The notes under the pieces are model-generated. The model was given only the letters and a program-made list of their open reading frames with translations. It had not been told where the DNA came from and made no database searches. Shown piece by piece: positions 1 to 6,240 of a DNA stretch of 33,934 bases (the first letter of the stretch is position 1; the number at the start of each line of letters is the position of its first letter). A program made the translations under genes and the position numbers. Origin of the DNA: an uncultured Mariniphaga sp. (lineage in GTDB: Bacteria; Bacteroidota; Bacteroidia; Bacteroidales; Prolixibacteraceae); contig CAZLGT010000015.1 in assembly GCA_964559175.1 (NCBI GenBank), positions 48,660 to 82,593 on the forward strand. Direction: 5' to 3'.

Positions 1-1
1 C

Positions 2-118
2 TTGCAGGATAACATTAAAAAGTTTGAAGCTGTGCACGGGCCTGTCAAAAATTTGAAACAAGGCCCGGGGCAGGGAATGCCGCCCATGGGGTTTGGCGGA
101 CCAACGGCTCAGGCATAA
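2..118 (+). CDS. 3' end of an unidentified gene that starts left of the window. The C-terminal tail is Gly/Pro/Met-rich (...KQGPGQGMPPMGFGGPTAQA) and ends at a TAA stop at 116-118.
   Basis: The frame is open from position 2 to the stop. It converges on the minus-strand gene at 184-534, with a hairpin terminator between them. I could not recognise the protein family. Confidence 0.3.
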   Translation: MQDNIKKFEAVHGPVKNLKQGPGQGMPPMGFGGPTAQA

Positions 119-142
119 GTTTATAACTGGAAAATATGAAAA

Positions 143-179
143 AGAGGGATCAGATTGCTGGTCCCTCTTTTCGTTTTTG
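143..179 (+). terminator. Intrinsic terminator between convergent genes, possibly working in both directions.
   Basis: Stem AGAGGGATCAG / CTGGTCCCTCT (143-153 and 158-168) with loop ATTG, then TTTCGTTTTTG. The single non-Watson-Crick pair is a U-G wobble in the plus-strand RNA and an A-C mismatch in the minus-strand RNA, so the hairpin is more stable in the plus orientation. Confidence 0.55.
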
Positions 180-183
180 CAGT

Positions 184-534
184 TTACTTCCTCAAAATTT
201 TCTCCATAGCTTTGCCTCTGGCCAGTTCGTCCACCAGCTTGTCCAAATAGCGGACTTTCTGCATCAATTCATCTTCTATTTCTTCCACGCGGTAGCCGCA
301 AATTACGCCTTTAATTTTTGAAACATTCGGATTCAATTGTGGGGCCTGTGCGAAAAACGTTTCAAAATCGCTGTTGTTGTCAATTTGTTTCTGTAGGGTC
401 TGCTTATAATAGCCTGTCAGCCAGAAAATAATTTCATCCACTTCAGCTTTTGTGCGTCCTTTTCGTTCAGCCTTTTGAATATATAAAGGATAAACTCGGG
501 CAAATATCATTCGGTAAACTCTTTTAATATCCAT
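184..534 (-). CDS. Small conserved hypothetical protein of 116 aa, resembling the DUF2200 family.
   Basis: Complete ORF with an ATG start. The N-terminal segment [29 protein letters not shown] recalls DUF2200-type proteins, but I am assigning this from memory. Confidence 0.5.
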   Translation of the reverse strand: MDIKRVYRMIFARVYPLYIQKAERKGRTKAEVDEIIFWLTGYYKQTLQKQIDNNSDFETFFAQAPQLNPNVSKIKGVICGYRVEEIEDELMQKVRYLDKLVDELARGKAMEKILRK

Positions 535-559
535 AATAGTAGTTTTAAGTTTTAAACTT

Positions 560-860
560 TTTCAGGGTTCAATTTCCAGATTTTTTCTGAAAAAGGCAAA
601 TGTCAGTGAAGTGCAGCCAAATCTGGCAGGACCTCTGCAATAAAAATTAAAACCTTAAAATCGGATTGGACCTTTCCCTGGATGGCGAACCGTTCCGAGT
701 AATCGGGATGGCTGTGCTAACGGTCAGGTGCTAAATTATCGGAGCGGGTTGCCTACGCTTTCCTGTCAGAAGGACAAGGGAAATCGGGCGTGAACCCGCC
801 AACAGCGCACCACCAAACGCCGCCCTGAATTGGAGCGAAGAGGAAATCAGCGTAGCTAAA
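560..860. ncRNA. GC-rich, structured non-coding segment of roughly 300 bp. It is a candidate cis-regulatory leader or small RNA of unknown class.
   Basis: No ORF of 60 aa or more in any frame. Local GC is clearly above the surrounding AT-rich DNA. The motif AATCGG(A/G)(T/A)TGG recurs near 660, 700 and 780. There is an 8-bp stem CCAGATTT / AAATCTGG at 575-582 and 619-626, and further hairpins such as GGAGCG...CGCTTTCC and GGGCG...CGCC. The segment lies in the upstream region of the minus-strand gene at 184-534. Confidence 0.25.
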
Positions 861-916
861 TTTGCAAAATGTGATGTGTTGGTTTTATTCACCTTTGCTA
901 TTTAAAATTAATTAAT

Positions 917-1627
917 TCAGTCTCTTCCATAAAAATCCTCATCAATAACACGATACCCAATAACAAAATAATGGTCAGAATCTGAAAGTGATTTGTCATT
1001 TAAATCAGATGGTGGTTGATTGGGTCCACAAAACTGGCGTACCTTTTGACCACTTACATTTGTTTCCCAACCAGCCGTAAATAATAATAGTGGAATGTTT
1101 TTACCGATTTCAAAGTCAGTTTCTTCAAATTTTCTTAAAAAGTAAACTCCATATTCTGGACGTGGTAATATACTTTCTCCAAATTGAAATTTTCCTGAAT
1201 TTACAGAAATACGAAGTCGTAACTTGTCGGTTTTATCTTTAAAATCTGGCATTTCACTTATAATTCTGATGTTTTTAAAATATTGATATTCAACCCGACT
1301 ATTATTATCAAATCCCCAAAATTTTGTTGTTGACCTATTAATTACGGTATCTTTGAGAAGTCGCGTATTTTCATATTCTTGATAATAAAACTCAAATTTA
1401 TAATCTTTGTCTCTTGGAATTGGCAAATTCCATTTATAAATATTTATACCGAGCTGTACCAAAGCATCTCGGAAATCATTCATATTGAAAATGGTAAAAT
1501 TTTCATCTGAAACAGTATCTTGAATTCTATAATCAAGATAGTCATTTTGAGCGTTATTCTTTTCAATAAATAAAAAGAACGATACGATAACAAGAAGGAA
1601 AGTTTTAGTTTTTTTCATTGTTTTCAT
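917..1627 (-). CDS. Hypothetical secreted protein with an N-terminal signal peptide (MKTMKKTKTFLLVIVSFFLFIEKNNAQ).
   Basis: Long ORF. I prefer the internal ATG at 1627 (or 1618) over the track start at 1669, because a hydrophobic signal sequence follows directly. No family recognised. Confidence 0.6.
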   Translation of the reverse strand: MKTMKKTKTFLLVIVSFFLFIEKNNAQNDYLDYRIQDTVSDENFTIFNMNDFRDALVQLGINIYKWNLPIPRDKDYKFEFYYQEYENTRLLKDTVINRSTTKFWGFDNNSRVEYQYFKNIRIISEMPDFKDKTDKLRLRISVNSGKFQFGESILPRPEYGVYFLRKFEETDFEIGKNIPLLLFTAGWETNVSGQKVRQFCGPNQPPSDLNDKSLSDSDHYFVIGYRVIDEDFYGRD

Positions 1628-1672
1628 TTTAGTGTTCAAAATTGCACCTACGTATTTACAAACCAACAAGTT

Positions 1673-1736
1673 GGGTTATTTCTCTATTATCAGGTTGGGA
1701 CCACCGCCAATAAGGGGGTGTAGTCCCACTATTGTG
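1673..1736. repeat. Copy A of a ~64-bp intergenic repeat, GGGTTATTTCnnTATTnTCAGGTTGGGA..CACCGCCAATAAGGG...CCCA(A)C.
   Basis: Roughly 80% identical by eye to a second copy at 2586-2649. It contains an inverted repeat GTTGGGA...TCCCAC around a conserved CACCGCCAATAAGGG core. It lies about 45 nt upstream of the secreted-protein gene at 917-1627. Confidence 0.6.
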
Positions 1737-1866
1737 CTGAAATAATTTCCAGATTGATTTTCTATTTTCTGTGATATTTTCCAGTGGTTATTCATAGATG
1801 TTGGTCTTCAAGGTTTAAAAATAGGAATCTTTTGCTAAAAACGTATACCAAATTTGTCGGAATATT

Positions 1867-2030
1867 GAGCAGGTGACGGGGAGTCACCTGCTCAACTCTG
1901 GTAGTTCACCTGCTGACTTTTGGGGTCAGCTGGTAAATAGGCTTGATGGCGTACCCCGGTGGCTGTGCCAGGAGGTGCTTCGTTGGGCTTGACGGCTCAC
2001 CGTCCAGCTGCCCGATTGGCGGGCATAATC
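1867..2030. promoter_or_regulatory. GC-rich structured segment with two tandem hairpins that share a CACCTGCT element. It could be an attenuator-like or small-RNA region.
   Basis: Hairpin 1 is GAGCAGGTGAC - GGGGA - GTCACCTGCTC at 1867-1893, a perfect 11-bp stem. Hairpin 2 is CACCTGCTGAC - TTTTGGG - GTCAGCTGGTA at 1907-1935, with one mismatch. The 5' arm of hairpin 2 is nearly identical to the 3' arm of hairpin 1, which allows mutually exclusive pairings. Further hairpins follow at GACGG-CTCA-CCGTC and GCCCG-ATTGG-CGGGC. No ORF. The segment lies directly 3' of the minus-strand lipoprotein gene. Confidence 0.3.
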
Positions 2031-2039
2031 TGTTAATTT

Positions 2040-2492
2040 TCAGAGTTCCAATCCATACAATAAGAATTCATTAGAGTCAAAATCTAATGTATCATTATCA
2101 ACCACAAATCTATATCTCAGTTTAAATTCGCCAATCTCATTAAATAATGATATAGTATCGTGTTTAGTCTCAGCCATATTTAAAACACCAAAATATCCCA
2201 TAGGCCCCATCTGTGTGCAAGCAACCGCATATTCACTCTCAATCCATTCACCATTCTCGTTTTTCAATATTTTTGTTGGACACAAATCAACATTATCACA
2301 CTTATAATGATATGCTTGTTTGCTTAAATCATTTTTCAGGGTCACATCAATCTTGCTATTTACAACATATTCATTTTTACCTGTCACAATTTTAATGTTT
2401 TCGGTAGAGTCAATACTCTCCTTTTTGCAACTAAAAACGAAAATCATCAAAGCCAATGTAATAATTTGAATTAATCTTTTCATAAACATCAA
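2040..2492 (-). CDS. Hypothetical lipoprotein of 150 aa, with a signal peptide and lipobox (LALMIFVFSC).
   Basis: Complete ORF. Hydrophobic N-terminus followed by Cys. No family recognised. Confidence 0.6.
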   Translation of the reverse strand: MMFMKRLIQIITLALMIFVFSCKKESIDSTENIKIVTGKNEYVVNSKIDVTLKNDLSKQAYHYKCDNVDLCPTKILKNENGEWIESEYAVACTQMGPMGYFGVLNMAETKHDTISLFNEIGEFKLRYRFVVDNDTLDFDSNEFLLYGLEL

Positions 2493-2585
2493 TATTAAAA
2501 GTTTGTGTCAATAAGATGATCTTTCAGTAACAATGGTTGCGTCGATATTATTCTGATTGCTAACGTTTGTGAAATCCGCAAAGCC

Positions 2586-2649
2586 GGGTTATTTCGTTAT
2601 TGTCAGGTTGGGATACACCGCCAATAAGGGTCTGTAACCCAACTGTAGT
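2586..2649. repeat. Copy B of the ~64-bp intergenic repeat.
   Basis: Aligns with copy A across GGGTTATTTC(g/c)(t)TATT(g/a)TCAGGTTGGGA(ta/c)CACCGCCAATAAGGG...GTA(a)CCCAAC. Its inverted repeat is GTTGGG...CCCAAC, a compensated version of the stem in copy A. It lies 33 nt downstream of the cysK stop and about 95 nt upstream of the lipoprotein gene at 2040-2492. Confidence 0.6.
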
Positions 2650-2682
2650 TCCTCCTTTTCTGTTTCAGCATATGGTGGCTGT

Positions 2683-3594
2683 TCAGTACAACCCTTCCAC
2701 CGAAAGGTACCTTTCTCCGTGGTCGTATGAGAAGGTTAAAATGCGCGAACCGGAAGGGAGTTCCTTTATTTTTTTGGCTACTGCTGCAAATGAAGCGCCC
2801 GAAGAAATCCCCACAAACATACCTTCCTGTTTGGCTGCTTTCTTTGCGTATTCATAAGCTTCTTCCTGGGTGACGGATATTGTTCCATCCAGCAGCTCTG
2901 TTTTCAGGTTGTCGGGGATAAATCCGGCGCCAATTCCCTGAATTTTATGTGGTCCCGGTTCGCCGCCGCCAATAACAGGACTGTCGGCTGGTTCTACCGC
3001 AAATACCTTCAGGTTTGGAAATTCTTTTTTCAGCACCTCTGCCACTCCGCTTATGTGACCACCTGTTCCAACACCGGTTATCAGGTAATCAATCCCTTCC
3101 GGAAAGTCGTGGATAATTTCCATTGCCGTTTTGGTTCTGTGGGCTTCCACATTGGCGGGGTTAGAAAACTGGAAAGGAATCCACGAGTTTTCGATTTCTG
3201 AAGCCAGCTCTTCTGCTCTGGCAATAGAGCCTTTCATTCCTTTTTCTTTAGGCGTTAGCACCAGTTCGGCCCCCAGGGCGGCAAGAACCTGCCGGCGTTC
3301 AATGGTCATCGACTCGGGCATAGTAAGAATTATGCGGTAGCCTTTCACTGCGGCCACAAGGGCCAGTCCAATTCCGGTATTGCCCGAGGTGGGTTCAATA
3401 ATTACCGAACCTTCTTTCAAAATTCCCCTCTTTTCAGCATCATTCACCATTGAAAGAGCAATCCGGTCTTTAATGCTACCCCCCGGGTTGGTTTTTTCCA
3501 TTTTTACCCATACTTCGTATTCAGAAGGGTAAAGGCGGTTTACCTTGATGTGGGGCGTGTTTCCAATGGTTTCCAAAATGTTTTGTGCTTTCAT
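2683..3594 (-). CDS. cysK: Cysteine synthase A (O-acetylserine sulfhydrylase), a PLP-dependent enzyme.
   Basis: Shows family hallmarks: the KDRIALSMV lysine motif, the [10 protein letters not shown] glycine loop and [10 protein letters not shown]. The track starts at a TTG at 3603, but I prefer the ATG at 3594 ([14 protein letters not shown]), which fits the usual CysK N-terminus. Confidence 0.92.
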   Translation of the reverse strand: MKAQNILETIGNTPHIKVNRLYPSEYEVWVKMEKTNPGGSIKDRIALSMVNDAEKRGILKEGSVIIEPTSGNTGIGLALVAAVKGYRIILTMPESMTIERRQVLAALGAELVLTPKEKGMKGSIARAEELASEIENSWIPFQFSNPANVEAHRTKTAMEIIHDFPEGIDYLITGVGTGGHISGVAEVLKKEFPNLKVFAVEPADSPVIGGGEPGPHKIQGIGAGFIPDNLKTELLDGTISVTQEEAYEYAKKAAKQEGMFVGISSGASFAAVAKKIKELPSGSRILTFSYDHGERYLSVEGLY

Positions 3595-3617
3595 AATTTG
3601 CAATTTTAATCGGTTTC

Positions 3618-3651
3618 AAAAAAAAAGCCTTCCTGGTTTCCCGGGAAAGCT
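3618..3651 (-). terminator. Strong intrinsic terminator 24 nt upstream of the cysK start codon. I interpret it as a leader attenuator.
   Basis: Minus-strand RNA reads AGCUUUCCCGG-GAAA-CCAGGAAGGCU followed by nine U's. Ten of eleven stem pairs form, with a GNRA tetraloop. The wobble pair is U-G on the minus transcript and C-A on the plus transcript, which points to a minus-strand function. Confidence 0.6.
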
Positions 3652-3681
3652 TCTATTGTAGTGATACAACATTTCTGATTG

Positions 3682-3780
3682 TCAACAAAACACGCTTTCT
3701 CCGGGTTGATTACCCAGACAACAAACAAATGTATGGCATGTTCTGTTTTTCATAACAGGTGCAATGTAACCATTTTTCAT
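3682..3780 (-). CDS. Candidate 32-aa leader peptide, MKNGYIAPVMKNRTCHTFVCCLGNQPGESVFC, with four Cys codons including a tandem TGT-TGT.
   Basis: ATG at 3780 and TGA at 3682-3684. The ORF sits between the stop of the ABC permease gene and the cysK terminator. Its last codons, CCCGGAGAAAGC at 3694-3704, are complementary to the terminator 5' arm AGCTTTCCCGG. It is too short to appear in the 60-aa ORF track. Confidence 0.3.
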   Translation of the reverse strand: MKNGYIAPVMKNRTCHTFVCCLGNQPGESVFC

Positions 3781-3819
3781 TTAAACGGATTAAAATATCT
3801 GTTTAATTTTTTGTAATAA

Positions 3820-5160
3820 TTAATTTTTATACCTGAGCCATTTAATCAACTCTTTCAGGTTCACCTTTTTCCCATACATCAGCAATCCGGTTTTGTAGAT
3901 TTTAGCTGCTGCCCAAATGGCGCCTACTGTTGCCAGAATAAGCAATGCCATGGAAAGGAGCAGTTCCCATGTGGGCACTCCATAGGGCACACGGGCCAGC
4001 ATGGCAACCGGTGAAGTAAATGGTATAATCGACCCCCAAAAAGCGATGGGGCCCTCCGGGTTACGGGCAATGGGAAACAGAATCATGATGGCTAAAATAA
4101 GCGGGAAGGTGATTGGGAAAACCATTTGCTGTGAATCTTCTTCGTTATCAACCGCTGCTCCTACAGCACCGAGGAGCGAACTGTACATGAGATAACCGGC
4201 CAGGAAATAAAACAGAAAAGAAAACAAGATGAGCGGTAAGTTGAGGTTTCCAACCAGTTCAAGGATATCAGCCACCTGGTTGTTTGCCATGTCCTGGGAA
4301 ACGGTTGAGCCCATTTGCTGGCTGCTTTCCATAAGGCTCTGGCTCATTTCCCCTGCCGATTCGGGAGTAAAAAAGCTTTGTCCCACCCCCAGCAGTATAA
4401 GTCCTACAATTACCCAGATGCCAACTTGTGTGAGACCAACGAGCGCCGTGCCGATAATTTTCCCGGTCATCAGCTGGAAAGGTTTTACCGAAGAAATAAT
4501 CACCTCCACAATCCGGTTTTTCTTTTCTTCCATTACACTGCGCATTACCGAGGCGCCATACATAAACACAAAGAAGTAGATGATGAACCCCATGGCATAG
4601 CTGGCAATAAAAGCTACTTCTGAAGAGCTTTTACGGGCCTCGCCTGTCTCAGATACTTTTAACGTGTTAACTCTGACTGTGGTACGCGTTTCGGCAAGCC
4701 GTTCATCCAAATCGGGGATGCCGGCTTCATCAATTACCTTTTGTCTTTTGTCATTCTCGATAAACCGGCTTAACCGGCGGGCAATTCGTTCAATGAGGTC
4801 TATGGGCAGTTGTTTTTCCGAAATAATCTGTGCCGTGTTGTTTGAGTAAACGTTTTCAGGAATAAACAATATGGCGTAAAATTCACTGCCCTTCAGGTTT
4901 GTTCTCAGCGTATCGTATTTTACTTTCGGTATGAAGTGGAATTGTGTAGTTCCCTCCGGTTCCAGTTCTCCCAAAAATAGAGTGGATTCATCGTAAACGG
5001 CAATGGTGCGTTCCTGTTTGTCGTCGTGCATCGATAAAAAGATGATAAGAGCAAACATTCCCACAAAAAGTAAGGGAACCAGCAGGGTCAGAATAATGAA
5101 GGATTTTTTCTTCACCTTTTTCAGGTATTCCTGCTGAAGTATGAGCATTGTTTTATTCAT
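3820..5160 (-). CDS. ABC-2 family transporter permease of the NatB type. It has an N-terminal transmembrane helix, a large extracytoplasmic domain and C-terminal transmembrane helices.
   Basis: 446-aa ORF with an ABC-2 architecture. It overlaps the upstream ATPase gene by 8 nt, the usual sign of translational coupling. Confidence 0.75.
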   Translation of the reverse strand: MNKTMLILQQEYLKKVKKKSFIILTLLVPLLFVGMFALIIFLSMHDDKQERTIAVYDESTLFLGELEPEGTTQFHFIPKVKYDTLRTNLKGSEFYAILFIPENVYSNNTAQIISEKQLPIDLIERIARRLSRFIENDKRQKVIDEAGIPDLDERLAETRTTVRVNTLKVSETGEARKSSSEVAFIASYAMGFIIYFFVFMYGASVMRSVMEEKKNRIVEVIISSVKPFQLMTGKIIGTALVGLTQVGIWVIVGLILLGVGQSFFTPESAGEMSQSLMESSQQMGSTVSQDMANNQVADILELVGNLNLPLILFSFLFYFLAGYLMYSSLLGAVGAAVDNEEDSQQMVFPITFPLILAIMILFPIARNPEGPIAFWGSIIPFTSPVAMLARVPYGVPTWELLLSMALLILATVGAIWAAAKIYKTGLLMYGKKVNLKELIKWLRYKN

Positions 5161-6094
5161 CTTTCTGAATTTTTGGGTTGTTCGATTCCTGTACTGCCTT
5201 AATAAACACGTCGTTCATGCTGGGAATAATTTCTTCGAATGAGATTATCTCCGCTGCCGGTATAATGGCTTGAAGGAGTTCGTTGTTCGACCCTCCGTTG
5301 AGGTATTGTATGCTGATTTTGTTTTCTTTTTCATCTTCCGTATGTTCCAGAATTTTAAACCGGTACCCCAGTGCGCTGTCAACCTGCCCGAAGTTGCCTT
5401 TGTATTTAACTTCAAAAACATTCGATTTGTATTTTTGCCGAATTTCGTTTGTTGGGCCGTCCACAATTTTAACCGATTTGTTGATGAGGGCAATGTGGTC
5501 GCAAAGTTCTTCCACCGAGCCCATGTTATGGGTTGAAAAAATAATGGTTGCCCCCTCATCGCGTAACCGAAGAATCTCCCGTTTCAAAAGGTTGGCATTG
5601 ATGGGGTCGAAACCGCTAAACGGTTCGTCGAAAATGAGCAGCTGGGGCTGATGTACAACGGTGGTTACAAATTGCACCTTCTGTTGCATCCCCTTCGAAA
5701 GTTCTTCCACTTTTTTGTTCCACCAGTCATTCATTTCAAACCGTTCGAACCACTTTTTCAGGTTTTGCATGGCATCTTTCCTGCTCATTCCTTTCAGTTG
5801 AGCCAGGTAAACGGCCTGTTCGCCCACCTTCATTTTTTTGTAAAGTCCTCTTTCTTCGGGTAAATATCCGATATGGGCAACATCGGCCTGCCGCATCTTT
5901 CGTCCTTCCAGAAAAAGCTCCCCCTCATCGGGTGCAGTAATCTGGTTGATGATGCGAATGAGCGTGGTTTTGCCCGCACCGTTGGGGCCCAGCAAGCCAA
6001 AAATACTTTGCTTTTTTACCGAAATGCTGACGTTGGTAAGTGCTCTGGTTGTTGCAAAAACCTTGTTTACATTTCTTGCGCTGAATAATTCCAT
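5153..6094 (-). CDS. ABC transporter ATP-binding protein.
   Basis: Walker A GPNGAGKTT, ABC signature LSKGMQQKV and Walker B LLIFDEP. I prefer the internal ATG at 6094 (MELFSARNVNKVF) to the track start at 6133. Confidence 0.85.
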   Translation of the reverse strand: MELFSARNVNKVFATTRALTNVSISVKKQSIFGLLGPNGAGKTTLIRIINQITAPDEGELFLEGRKMRQADVAHIGYLPEERGLYKKMKVGEQAVYLAQLKGMSRKDAMQNLKKWFERFEMNDWWNKKVEELSKGMQQKVQFVTTVVHQPQLLIFDEPFSGFDPINANLLKREILRLRDEGATIIFSTHNMGSVEELCDHIALINKSVKIVDGPTNEIRQKYKSNVFEVKYKGNFGQVDSALGYRFKILEHTEDEKENKISIQYLNGGSNNELLQAIIPAAEIISFEEIIPSMNDVFIKAVQESNNPKIQKDE

Positions 6095-6240
6095 TCTTAA
6101 TTTTTTTTTATGGGTATGTATTAACTGCTTCAAATTACAATTTATAAATGGTTCGAAGAAATTTTAATACCTTTCGTCGAAAAATCTTTCATCTCCGCCT
6201 GGTTAATGATATACTTGCCCGTTTAAAAAAGGATGATTTT

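Noticed and set aside
560-860. RNase P RNA, tmRNA, SRP RNA, or a SAM-I, cobalamin, lysine, TPP or FMN riboswitch in the GC-rich block.
   Set aside because: Partial look-alike strings are present, for example GGGAAATCGGGCG versus the RNase P P4 strand GGAAAGUCCGGGCU, and AGCGCACC. The diagnostic sets are missing. These include the full P4 strands, the tmRNA tag reading frame and T-arm, the SRP GGAAGCAGC motif, the B12 box and the THI box CUGAGA. No tRNA-like T-loop (GTTCGAATC) is present either.
1673-2649. Whether the paired 64-bp repeats are integron attC sites bracketing a gene cassette.
   Set aside because: attC sites run 5' ...AAC (R'') ... GTTRRRY (R') 3'. These repeats have the opposite layout, GTTGGG...CCCAAC. 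No integrase gene or attI site is visible in the window.
6148-6240. N-terminal extensions offered by the ORF track. These are the TonB receptor from 6148, cysK from the TTG at 3603, dxr from 27949, actE from 12926, the ABC ATPase from 6133, metF from 32946 and the AI-2E transporter from 21441.
   Set aside because: In each case an internal ATG is followed immediately by the expected signal peptide or conserved N-terminal motif. Several of the extensions would also overlap neighbouring genes or promoters.
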